This document shows positions 52,541 through 64,000 of a stretch of 64,000 nt of DNA, one piece after another. Both the position numbers and the translations under genes were made by a program. The first letter of the stretch is position 1. The number at the start of each line of letters is the position of its first letter. Under the pieces are notes generated by a model, which saw nothing but the letters and a program-made list of their open reading frames with translations, searched no databases and was not told where the DNA came from. This DNA comes from Rhina ancylostomus (taxonomy: Eukaryota). The stretch spans positions 81,589,940 to 81,653,939 of the forward strand of contig JARFYF010000052.1 of assembly GCA_030265395.1 (NCBI GenBank). The letters are read 5' to 3'.

Positions 52541-53515
52541 ATCTCACCTACTCCATGTAAGTATGTCTATCCTTTGGTTTTAAATTCAGACGTATTTTAC
52601 AGCACTCAACCTGTTACACTTCCAACCAGAATTTCAGCGTTATTATCTTTTGTAACAAATGGTTTTGCTTAACTAGGTGTATAAAAGATACTGAGTGACA
52701 AGAACTGATCCCACCAAAAAACACCATGAAATTTTATTCTTTTAAAGTTTAATCAGCCTTCTTGGGATGAGGTAACCTTGCCGTTCTAACACAAGTATTA
52801 GATTTCACCATCCGGAGCAAACATATTAAAAAAATCCAAAAAGAAAAGAAATGCACAAATCCAGTGAGAGCCTATGATAATCAAACGTGGTTACAAATAC
52901 AGCAAACCTTTGATGTTAAAAGAGAATCTCTACCTTTCTTTTGATTTCCAACCATAACCGAGCAGTCAGCATGACAAAGCACACTTTCTGACTGAATGTT
53001 CAAATGCTCAAAAGCAGGCAGACTTGGAATCAATCTCAGTAGACATTGTACACTGTTACCAGGTGAGGCAATCCAAATGACTGATTCCCTGACCACAGTG
53101 CAAAGTAATTTAAATTAATTTTTGAAAAAGCATTGCTAATTTCCAGGGAGAGGCATGGAATTGAGAACTTAAAACCATTAAAAATAAGAGATTTTTTGAA
53201 ATGTAAAGCCTCCTTTGTATTCATACCTGCTTTCAGAAGCAATAATTCATCTCTTCAGCACTTGAAACTTTGCAATATGCAGTTATCCACTGAGCAGTTA
53301 GATAATTCACACCGGCCAGGCTCATAGAAGCTGTGTGTGTGTGTGGAGAAATGACACAAGATACCAGGTCCGAAACCTGCCTTTTGTTCACATTTGCAGC
53401 TCTGAAGCCACTTAATCTTGTCCACGGAATGTCACTGAAAACTGTCAAATCATTTTTTTTCCAAAGGTTAAACTTTTGTTTTTAATATAAACAAGAATAT
53501 CTTCAGCTTACTCAC

Positions 53516-53815
53516 TTATAAAGTCTTTTGTCGCTGAGCAATCTGTTCAATCCTTTTTTAATCCACTTGTTAATTTACAATTTTAGCAGAAGCATTCTAG
53601 TGTTCAACATGGCTCTCACTCCCTCTCAGCCAAACAGCCACTCCAGCAACTAATCACCGTAAGTCCATCCTTCTCCAGTGAGGAATGTGCCACATTGCCA
53701 AGGGGGTGGGAAATCAGAAAATAAACTCTGCCAAGTGCTGTTTAAAAAAAACCCACAAAGATGTCCACTGATTTTAATCCTGCAGGAGACAAGAGTCTCA
53801 ACAGCTATTAAACAG
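53516..53815 (-). other. Candidate non-coding first exon with uORF
   Basis: Donor TAA|gtgagt with a second gtaag 4 nt downstream; GCCATG uORF of 11 codons (MLNTRMLLLKL*). The TSS is estimated. Confidence 0.4.
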
Positions 53816-53840
53816 GAGATTGTCTGCAGACAAGGAGTAA

Positions 53841-53862
53841 TTAAATAGTTTTCCCCCGCCCC
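53841..53862 (-). promoter_or_regulatory. GC box plus TATA-like core promoter
   Basis: GGGGCGGGG (53862-53854) followed by TATTTAA (53847-53841) on the minus strand. Confidence 0.4.
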
Positions 53863-55230
53863 TCCTCTTTCAACTCCACTTTGCTTTTTAATCATTATCT
53901 TGATAACCAGTCAAGACTTTCTGCAAGCAAACTGATTTAAATAGCATTATTTTCTGCTCTTGTTGAAAAGCTGGTTCTGAGATAAAGTGGGTCCTTAGCT
54001 GGCAGTGAAAGTTACGAAGACATCAGGCATATTAGGATATTACAAATTACCACCTGAAGACCACAATATTAACTGATTTGATTCTATAGGACAAACATAA
54101 CCAGAAAGAGCCATGTTTACATTACACCTCATCACATCTCTCAACAATATCTCTGTACATCATGTACAATTAATTAATCCGAAGTCTTGAGCATTGTTAC
54201 TCAGTAGTCATAGCAAAAGAGCAATAATTAACCCATTTTTGTTCTGTAAGCATTCATAGTAGTTGCTTACAATGAGAAGATGGTGATTATAATGCTTATT
54301 AAAAAAATAAGCACTAACTCTATTTCCTTGCTGTTTATTGTTAAGTTTCACAGGTCAAAGTCTAAGTTGCCTCATCAAAGCCAAACCCATCAGAAGGAAC
54401 TCCCCTCATTGTACAAACTATTTTCTTCAGTGACCCTGATGATAAAGTGACTCCATACTGTGGTAATGCCTGCAGAGAAAGTGAAGGCTCTGGGCAAAGT
54501 CTGGTGATCAGTACCATAGCCACCACATTATTGGCCTTGGGGAAAAGGCATAATTAAAAAAAAACAATCAAGGTTCCCATTGCTCACAAAGTGAAAGTGC
54601 ATGTGTGCACATTTTTGGAGAGAAACCTCAGCCCTGATGTCTCCTGATACAGCTTTTGTCCACAGCCCCAGGATAACCAATCTGCTCAGTTGCTTCCAAA
54701 TCTGCACTAGTTTATAATAATGTTATTACTTTAATATTAATAATGGTGGCAAGGCATTAAGAACACAGAGGAGCAGTCATCCCCCTCCATCCACCCCACC
54801 TCATCCCACCCCAATCTTAAAATTGATGAGCCCCCTGCCATAGCCCAAATTCAAGTAAATTATAAGGTCGCTATTGAAACTGTGGGACCCACAAGTTGAG
54901 TTTGATCCCCAGCTCAACCTCCGTTATGAGAAGATTGCTTCACCACTGATGGAGGCGTCCCTATAGACAATACAAAAGCCCCAATTACAACGGGATTATT
55001 TAATGGGTTTCAGGTTTATTTCTTGCCATACCCAAGTACCTGCACTCCAAAATGGATACTATTAACAACAGGAGGAGGGAAATTAATTCACAGTGTAGAC
55101 CCAAGTCTGGTCATACAGGGTTGTAGCATTTCAGAGTTTTGACTTGTGGCTCATGATAAAAAGTCAGTTGCATTGCCTTAGGTACGTAAATGAGGCCGAA
55201 CATTTAGGAGAGATACGAGGAGCTGACCCC

Positions 55231-55485
55231 TACTCCTGGCTGGTTGCATCATGGTCTGGTACAGCAATTCGACTGCACAGGAACGTAAGAAACTCCAGAG
55301 AGTAGTGGATTCTGCCTAATACATCACAGGCACATCCCTTCTTACCTTGCGAAATATCTACAAGAGGTGCTGCCTCAAGAAGGCAACATCTATCATCAAA
55401 TTTCCACACCATCCGGGCCATGCCATCTTTTCGCAGCTACCATTGGGCAGAAGGTACAGAAGCCTGAAGTCCCACACCACCAGGT
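55231..55485 (+). mobile_element. Rex1/Babar LINE ORF C-terminus (runs into gap)
   Basis: Encodes GCIMVWYSNSTAQERKKLQRVVDSA* and KKATSIIKFPHHPGHAIFSQLPLGRRYRSLKSHTTR. Confidence 0.9.
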
Positions 55486-55884
55486 NNNNNNNNNNNNNNN
55501 NNNNNNNNNNNNNNNNNNNNNNNNNNNNNNNNNNNNNNNNNNNNNNNNNNNNNNNNNNNNNNNNNNNNNNNNNNNNNNNNNNNNNNNNNNNNNNNNNNNN
55601 NNNNNNNNNNNNNNNNNNNNNNNNNNNNNNNNNNNNNNNNNNNNNNNNNNNNNNNNNNNNNNNNNNNNNNNNNNNNNNNNNNNNNNNNNNNNNNNNNNNN
55701 NNNNNNNNNNNNNNNNNNNNNNNNNNNNNNNNNNNNNNNNNNNNNNNNNNNNNNNNNNNNNNNNNNNNNNNNNNNNNNNNNNNNNNNNNNNATATTGCTT
55801 TGCAGATTTAAACACCAATTTAACAAAGTGGGAAGATCAGAACTGCTTGTCGGTTGTCAGTTATCAGTCAAGTGCCAGAATTGA

Positions 55885-56410
55885 AAACTAAAAAAAAATG
55901 CAGATGCTGGAAATCTGAAATAAAAACAGAAAATACTAGAAAAACACAGCAGGTCAGGCAGCTTCTGTGGGAAAAGAAACAATTAATGTTCCAGGTCAGG
56001 GACCCTTCATTAGAACTGGGAAAGAGTGAAAACAAGTTAATTTTCAGTAGCAGAGGAGATGGAATCGGGACGGGTAGAACAAAGGGAATATTTCCAATAG
56101 GGTGAGACAAAATAAGTAGATGTAGCAGTAAGAGTGACAGTACAGACTATGCTTCTTCATCTGTATAATGTGTTCTTAATAGAAAAAGAAAATAGGAAAG
56201 GAAAAACTGAAACAAAATGACAAGTGGCAGAAATGGCCAGTTCTTTTACAGACAGACAAAAAGAGAGAGTTACCTAAGGTTGAAGAATTTGATATCGAGT
56301 CCTGAAGGTTGCACTGTGCTCAGTCAGAAGGTGAGGTGTTGTTTCTCGAACTTGCATTGGACTTCATTTAAAAAGTGCAGGAGGTCACAAATGCAAAGGT
56401 GCTCCACAAG
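55885..56410 (-). mobile_element. Penelope-like element 3' fragment
   Basis: Minus strand encodes EVQCKFEKQHLTF*LSTVQPSGLDIKFFNLR*; terminal repeat has a decayed hammerhead (CUAAUGA-AGGGUC-CCU-GACCU-GGAACAUU). Confidence 0.8.
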
Positions 56411-56479
56411 ACTGAAAGTGTCAGAATTGGATCATGACAAACATAATTACGGAAACTCAACTTGAAAGACTTAATAAGG

Positions 56480-57201
56480 TCCCTTCACCTCCCCCCTCAC
56501 CACCATCCAGGGACCTTAGCAGCCCCTCCAGGTGAGGCAGAGGTTCACTTGCACCTCCTCCAACCTGCCCTACTGCATTCAGTGCTTGTGATCTGGCCGC
56601 TTTTACATTGGTGAAACCAAGCGTAGTCTAGGTGACCATTTTGTGGAGAACCCGCACTCTGTCCACAACAGCCATCTCAAGCTTCCCTTTGTACACACTA
56701 GTTGGAACTCTCCTTCCCACTCCCACACTTGACCTGTTTGTCCCTGGCCTTCAGTGCTATAGAGAGGCCAAACACAAATTAGAAGAACAACATCTCAAAT
56801 TCTGTTTGGGTATCTTACAGCCCAATGATATGAACATTGAATTTTCCAGTTTCAGGTAGCTCACACCCCTGGTATTTTCCTTCCACACACACTCACCTGT
56901 CCACCTACTTTTCTTCTCCTTTTGTTTATCCTTTGTATCCCCTCCTGAACCTGACTCCATCTGCCCATCATCTCCTCCCCATCTGGTTCCACCTATCACG
57001 TACCAGCCTCTATCCCATCCCCCTTCCCTTCACACTGCTATATACTGACAACCTTTCCTGTTCTCTCTCAGTACGGATGCAGTATCTCAACTGAAAATAT
57101 TGACTTACACATTTTGACTTCACAAAGCTGCCTGACCCACTGAGTTCTTCCAGTGTTCTGTTTGTTGTTCTAGATTCCAGCATCTGCTGTCTCTTTTGTC
57201 T
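56480..57201 (+). mobile_element. Penelope-like element: GIY-YIG endonuclease pseudogene plus 3' repeat
   Basis: Encodes FTCTSSNLPYCIQCL*SGRFYIGETKRSLGDHFVE and REAKHKLEEQHLKFCLGILQPNDMNIEFSSFR*. Confidence 0.9.
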
Positions 57202-58252
57202 TTATAATGAACATATTCATTGCCAGGACATTCTTTGAGAACATTTTGCAAAGCACAAAGTGCTAACCACAAAAAAGTTAAAACCCAATTTTCATGTTGT
57301 TGCTGAGACCCAACACAGGGCTCAGTGCTCAAAATCTACATCTTACATGTAAAAACTAAACATATCAGTACTAATCATGTGCAACTAATTGCTTCCTTTA
57401 GCAGCAACAAACTGAGATACAGGGGAGGAATAACATACCATAACTTTGGTTGAGGTTCCACAGAAACAAATGTAAATGCTGTTTACAGCCCCTGTCTGTG
57501 AATTCCATAGATCTTCTACTGAGGACACAGTGAATAATCAGAAAGGCATCAGATAGAAATACAACCTCTTAAAAATGTTGTTGCTCTCTTTAATAAGCAG
57601 TACCGGCACTCTCAAAGATGTTTGTCTAATCTTTCAGAATTTGGGTTGGTGCACACGCACTATGCAATATGAGAAAGGAGCCAATAAATTACTGTGAATG
57701 TGTTACAGAAATGTAACACAGCTGAGAAATTTTAGTGATCTGCTTAACCACAAGAATAGTTTATGTGCAGAGCCCCGGCACTGCAATAGAACTATGTGGT
57801 ACTTATTCAAATAGTAGACAACCTTTCATGACTTGGAGTGGGGGAGACAAAACCGGATTTAGTTTTCAGGTGCAGGAGGGTTAGTTGTCATGAATAACCT
57901 AACAAAGGTTCACAGATTAACTCACCACACATTTTAAAGGCACAGATTCTCTTCTTGTTACATTCCTGCATTCACTTTGATATTCAAGCTTTGGCATCAT
58001 CAGGCAGCTGCCTGTGAAATTGTATTCAACTCTCCAGAGAGGCACATAATAGTTTTCTAACTGAAACTGCATATGTAAAAAATATGTTTAAAAAAATTGC
58101 AGCTTCAGGTCAGTAAGGCACAGCAGCACCTCCAGTGAGAGGAGATTAGTCCAGAATTTCGAGGTCACTGAGAAAGGTTGCTAGATGGAAGTTGCAACGA
58201 AATGACAACAAATGTCCTACAAAGCATTTCCCAGAAGTTTAAAAGATACCTA

Positions 58253-58300
58253 CTAAATACTAACTTTACATCTGACTTTCTAAATACTAACTTTACGTCT
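58253..58300. repeat. Short tandem duplication, period 27
   Basis: ctaaatactaactttac(a/g)tct occurs twice. Confidence 0.85.
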
Positions 58301-58409
58301 TAAAGCAGTAATACTGTACTCTAGACTCCCACTGCCTGTGCTACACTGGGCTTCATATTGGGATCTGATTATCACTAGATCCTTCATTTTTAAATTACCC
58401 AGTCTGAAA

Positions 58410-58640
58410 TGTGCAGCTCCAGTGACTTGGGTTCAACCGTGACTTTTGATGCTGTTAGTGTGGAGTTCTCCCTGTGACCATGTGTGTTTACTCCCATAGC
58501 TCAAAGATATGCGGTGGGTAGGTTAACTAGTGCTGTAAATTGCCCCCAGTGGGTGCTAGGATCAGTCAGGGGAGAGGAGATATGCAGTTGATGGGAATAC
58601 GGGGAGAATAAAATGAGATTAGTGTAAATGGGTGCTTGAA
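58410..58640 (+). mobile_element. V-SINE (decayed)
   Basis: gggttcaa B-box; gtgtggagttctccctgtgacc; gtaaattgcccc. Confidence 0.75.
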
Positions 58641-58677
58641 GGATATAATCAGATCTGTACAAGCATAGCTGTAATGT

Positions 58678-59290
58678 CATAAGAACATAAGAAATAGGAG
58701 AAGGAGGAGGCCATCTGGCCCGTCGAGCCTGCTCTGCCATTCATAATATCATGTCTGATCTGGCCATGGACTCAGATCCACCCAGCTGCCTTTTCCCCAT
58801 AACCCTTAATTCCCCTACTATGCAAAAATCTATCCAATTGTGTCTTAAATATAATTACTGAGGTACTCTCTACTGCTTCCCTGGGCAGAGAATTCCACAG
58901 ATTCACTACTCCCTGGGAAAAGCAGTTCCTTCCCATCTCTGTCCTAAATCTACTCCCCTGAATCTTGAAGCTATGTCCTCTTGTTCTAATCTCACCTACC
59001 AATGGGAACAACTTTCCTGCCTCTATCTTATCTATTCCTTTCATAATTTTATATGTTTCTATAAGATCCCCTCTCATTCTGCTGAATCCCAGCGAGTATA
59101 GTCCCAGGTGACTCAATCTCTCCTCATAGGCTAACCCCCCTCATCTCCAGAATCAACCTGGTGACCCTCCTCTGCACCACCTCCAAAACCAATACATCTA
59201 TTCTTAAGTAAGGAGACCAGAAATGCAATCAGTACTCCAGGTGCAGCCTCATTAGTAGCCTGTACAGTTGCAGCATAACCTTCCCGTCCT
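58678..59290 (-). mobile_element. Relatively young 5'-truncated CR1 LINE
   Basis: ORF 58772-59116 (RMRGDLIETYKIMKG...TRGH...FSQGVVNLWNSLP); upstream HLEY*LHFWSPY with a frameshift; (TTCTTATG)2 tail. Confidence 0.95.
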
Positions 59291-59644
59291 GATGCCTGAC
59301 AATAATAAATAATGTAGAAAATATCAAAGTTCAATAATCCCTTGGTTTTCAATAATTTTGACTTCATAATTATTCATTGAGAACTAAACATTTAATTTTC
59401 ACAAATTTATCAATAGTTCACTCTTTATATTAGTGTAGTCCGGTATTTAACATTAAAGGCATTTCAAATATATCAGATAACCATTAGTTCAGCAAATTGT
59501 GCCACAAGTCTATCATTTCTGAACTAATATTGTTTTTGCTTGTGAAGCCCCTGGGAAGCATGGTTCTTGTAATGTGAAGTGGCACAGTGCGTCTACAACA
59601 GACACAGACCATGGTAAGTAATTTCATTGCTTGGTAAGGACACA

Positions 59645-59830
59645 TCATAGAGTCATACAACATGCTAGGAGGGGACTTTGCCCATCATATCTTTGCTAGA
59701 TCTTTAAAAGAGCCATTCATTTAGTCCTGTTCTCCTGCTTCCTGACCAGGAAGCTGTCTATTTCCACTATTCAAAGGAATTCCCCTTTGATAATCACTAC
59801 TGAATCCTTCCATGATTATAACAGTTTTAC
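59645..59830 (-). mobile_element. CR1-type tail, decayed
   Basis: catcatagagtcatacaacatg...tttgcccatcat. Confidence 0.55.
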
Positions 59831-60469
59831 TGGTTATATCCTCCCAAGAATTGCTTTGTTCATTTTTAACAACACAAACCATATGCTTTTCAGACTGCTC
59901 GCTTAATGGGACTGCATGGAATAAATGATGTAGAAGTGAGATTACAATGAACAGAAATAAACATTAACACATATTTTGTAGAAAATTCCCCTATATGGCC
60001 ATGTATGTCATGTAAAAAGTCAGGTCAATAGTATGTTCAGTATTACTAATTCATTCATTCAACTAAATCAACTTTTCTGTCGTTAGCAGGTGAAAAGTGA
60101 GCCAGAGAATTTGCAAAGCATATGAACTGCTATTTGGTGCTTTGTGAAGTTCTTTCCACTAACTATAGAGTGGAGGAGGGAAGAAAGACCTTATCACATC
60201 CACAGAATGCCTGAGAACAGTGGGTCACACCTTTTCACACTTCTCTACAAATTATGATTGCAATACAATATTCCGGAAACTGAATTGTTCCAGATTTTTA
60301 AGTCCGAACCTAAGACCCTTTACAAAGTAAAGTTCCCAAGTTTCAGTCACTTTTTCTTGCATATTTCTTGCTCAGGATGATTCATAAACAATGCAATAAT
60401 TTCCTGCTGCTCTTTCAAAAGAGGCATGGTCACTGGGACTGCTCACATGCACTGGTACAAGCAACAGTC

Positions 60470-60655
60470 CCATTTTGATACCTGGCCTGTGCTAATGATC
60501 TTGGTGCTGTGGTTGGATTGGCCTCAGGTGGTCTTGGATTAGAAAGGAGAAAAAAAAGAGTAATTACTGATCACTAGTTACTGACTCCTGTAGGAAGGAT
60601 GATCAAGTGATTGGATCAAGACGGGTAAGACCAAACTCAGATGAAGAGCCTGGTT
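60470..60655 (+). mobile_element. Ancient SINE-like repeat (24 kb family)
   Basis: cctggcctgtgctaa...attggcctcag...ctgatcactagttactgactcctg. Confidence 0.5.
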
Positions 60656-62319
60656 CTTTGATTTTACTGCTTTCTTATCATTGCACTTCTATAAGAGAAT
60701 AGTGTTAGATGGTGGATGCTCAGGCTGATGTGAACCTGCCTTTTGTAGTTAAAACCACTGTCAGATGAAAATTGCACAGAGCCATGAGATTTTCTGGGCC
60801 TCCACAAACTATGAACGAGGGAGTCTCATTCAAACACACTGGCTGGCTGGCTGCTCCACTGAAAGACAACTCAGGGCCTGGTGCTCAAGCTCTGGTCTCT
60901 CTTCCTGATGGAACAATTGAGAGCACGGTTCAAACAAAACATCTTCTGATGTACAGGTGGAAATACTACCACAAAGACAAAAGCTCTTGGAAAACCTGTT
61001 GATCCAAGGCTACATCCTCTCCCCTCTGAACTTTTATGGCAGTGCTATAAAGGAATACCTCCTGTGCTGAGGGCATCATTATCATTCAATCTGAATACCT
61101 TTAATCTCCAGCAGCTGCAATTTTCCAGGACATGGGTGCAGCTGAGAAGAGTGGATCACAGGTTTCACATCAATCTGAAAATTGTGGTTGCAATACAACT
61201 TTCAGTGAATTAAGTTGATCCACTGATTTAAATCTCTTGCATTTTTCACATTCCCTGCTTCTAAAATGTTCAGCCAGGAGGTTAGAGCAGCTAATGTGTT
61301 CCCAACGCTGATCTGAGGAAGTTTATCAGACAATATTCATTTCCTTTCCTCTCATTTTGAGAAATTCCTGGACTTGGTTCACTATTGGCTGGACAATGTC
61401 ATAGCTGTGACAGTACACATGGCACGTGGTGGAAATGCAGACTTCATACTGCTCTGTGGTATACCTCATGCTGTGTGTGATCCAGCTACAATTACCACAC
61501 CTCGCCTGCTGCAGCCGTAGATGGACACAATTGAGCTCCAAAGGCTCTCCAGACTCCAGCTCACTGAAGGCTGCCAGAAAGCTTAGCATTTCATCTCCCG
61601 GGAAACAATGAAACTTTCCAAGAATGAACAGTGCAAGCAAAGTCAGTGCAGGGTGAGCCAGAGAGCAATACTATACAGTCCTCGGCAAACAAAGTCTCTG
61701 TGGCACAAAATCAGGCCAAGACTGGACCTACTGCTGAGGAGAGCAGAAGGTGCAGGACTAGAAATAACAGGAGACAAAGCTTAGCTCTGTTGACCTCTAC
61801 GATTTAACACTTTTTTTTAAGGGGCTTCACAATGTACACAGAGTCTCCGAAGACTTAAGCAGTGGCTTGAAATTCAGCACTCATTCAGACAAGAACATTC
61901 AACCTTTCCATCACGTCAATGCACTTTCAAGATGTCATCCTGTAAATGTCTTAAAATTAGAACTTTTAACCAGTATCACTATGGGCAACTGTCCAAGAAA
62001 AGGACTATGGGTTTTCTTCTACTAAGTGACCTGGCAAACAGTGTCTGTTTGTGAAACATTTTCACCCAGCATGACACACTAATCTTCTAAATTAATTCCA
62101 GCAGCAGCTTGACACAGAATAATACAGACAAATCTCACTTTTAGGATCATTTACATTTTGCTATAATTAGAGCATCTGGGAAGCATGGTTCTTGAAAAAT
62201 GTGCTTTTGATTCCTCCGAATGATTGAAAGAAAATCAGTACAGATATAGTTAAAGTTAAGGAAGGTTGCTGAAATCAGTCTAAAAGGTGCTGATGGTGGA
62301 AACCTGACATAAAATTTAA

Positions 62320-62555
62320 GAATAATGCAGATTCTGGAAATCTGAAATAAAAACAGAAAATGGTAGGAACATTCAGCAGGTCAGGCAGTGTCTGTGAAGA
62401 TTAAAACAGAGTTAACCTGCCAGACTGATGACTATTCATCAGGACCACCAGTTCTAATAAATGGTCATTGACCTAAACCTTAACCCTGTTTCTCTCCCAA
62501 CAGATCCTTTCCAACCTGCTGAGTACTTCCAGAATTTTATGATTTTATTCCTGAA
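62320..62555. mobile_element. Fold-back element of inverted Penelope terminal repeats
   Basis: ctggaaatctgaaataaaaacagaaaat is identical to the 55.9 kb repeat; cagcaggt pairs with acctgctg; two opposed decayed hammerhead cores. Confidence 0.8.
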
Positions 62556-63199
62556 GTTAATCTTGTGCATTACTTGAGGTGCAATTGTAACATCACTTTC
62601 AAGATTTCTACATCACAACTACACAAAGACAGTTTGGTCTCAGTATTAGCACCACCACAAACAGTAGGGAAGGGCCATGGGACTAAAATAGTGAAAACGG
62701 AAAGAAATCTCCATCCAACAGTGTACATAACCCCTGGTGTTTTTCCTCACAAGTTCAGAGGTGGGGGACTTCATTATCACATTTAAGTTGGGCTCCAATC
62801 ATTGATATGGGGGCTGGCTTTTAACCTGGTAGTTGCCATCCAGATTTCCCAGCCTTGGGAAACCCAAGCAGTCATGTTGATGGCTCACTCCGCCAATCCT
62901 GACAGCTTGACATGGACTCAGCCAATAGAATCAAGCTATGTCTGGCTGGGATTTGATCTGCTGATGCAAAATAAACCCAACATTCAGTTGCTTTATTTTC
63001 CTGATTTAGGTCAAAGCTTTTCAATTTTTAAGAAATTTGTCAATAAACTGATCATGACTGTTTTTTAATTTGTTGACGGAACTCTGATATTTTCAGCCTC
63101 TAATGGGTCTTTCCTTAATCCAACCTCCTCCTGTACCATAACACTGCCATTTGAAGTCTGGCCCACATCTACAGCCTGTCCCCAGTGTCATGAACAGGT

Positions 63200-63420
63200 A
63201 GCATTCTTCAAATGTGAAGCTGTACACATTTAGGCAGGCTATTTGACCATACACTGCATCACAGCTGAGTGAAATCCTGTTGCCTCTTGGCATCCACTCT
63301 TTTCAGCAGATCAAATAATTATAATGGCAGGGAACACTGGATACAATCGCAAGACAAACCCACGTTCATTTTAACCCTTCCATAGCTCAAAGACACCTGA
63401 GTCCAACTTGATTACCAGAA
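63200..63420 (-). mobile_element. Ancient SINE-like repeat (antisense)
   Basis: ggcaggctatttgacc...gcatcacagctgag...atcctg is the antisense of the family body. Confidence 0.45.
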
Positions 63421-64000
63421 GCACAGTCATTCTGAAGTGTTTGATTTAAAGTTAGTTTTCTCCTGCATTTAATGGTGCACCACCCTCACAGAGTCTTCAG
63501 GGAGCTGGTTCAAATTCCATCATTTCTCACACAGTGACCTGGGGAAAATGGAGTGCATTCCTTCTTTTTTCTTATTTATGTGGCAGAGCCCACAATCAGC
63601 TCACAATGCCATACTGGAATTCATTTTATCATTATCAAATAAGTGCATTAAACATACCTTAAAATTTTGAGCATGTATTTATATCAATTTGCTTTTCCTT
63701 CTATTTTGACAGATCTTAAGCAGTCTTATCTGCTATCCTTGGGCTGTTGAAATATGTACTCAGCTCCTACCATAGTAACTAATATTTCAAATCTATTACG
63801 TGTGAACACAAACATTAATTTCATGTGATTAATGAATGGGTTGATCTAATGGTTTAGAATTTGTCCTCAAGAGGGTTGCAATAAGGCTGTCGACTGGTTT
63901 TACCATTTGTTTCTGGGCAGGGCATTGTATGGGAAAGGGGCTGGGAAGTCTTACTCCTGAGCACATATCCCCTGGCTTCTTGTTGTGGTCCAATCATCTG

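Noticed and set aside
57495-57520. tgaattccatagat, similar to part of miR-146 (also partial miR-181 and miR-1 matches at 61893 and 37356)
   Set aside because: Seed or 3' half is missing and no precursor hairpin is present.

Overview
AT-rich, repeat-dense eukaryotic non-coding DNA, either intronic or intergenic, with about 12 assembly gaps. The repeats (V-SINE/HE1-type SINEs, HER1/CR1 LINE tails, Deu-domain SINEs, Rex1/Babar, RTE and Penelope fragments) point to a cartilaginous fish (shark or ray); this is inferred from remembered consensus sequences, not a database search. I found no intact protein-coding gene, tRNA, rRNA, recognisable miRNA or CRISPR array. The listed ORFs are retroelement debris, gap read-throughs or chance ORFs. 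The most notable non-repeat signals are two minus-strand promoter/non-coding first-exon modules, one with an NF-kB site pair plus TATA (~50.85-51.18 kb) and one with a GC box plus TATA-like element (~53.5-53.9 kb), with weaker candidate exons downstream. Also notable are Penelope-derived fold-back elements carrying hammerhead-ribozyme cores and a TA-flanked MITE carrying an array of NRF1-type motifs. Repeat family names are from recall, and boundaries of old repeats are approximate.
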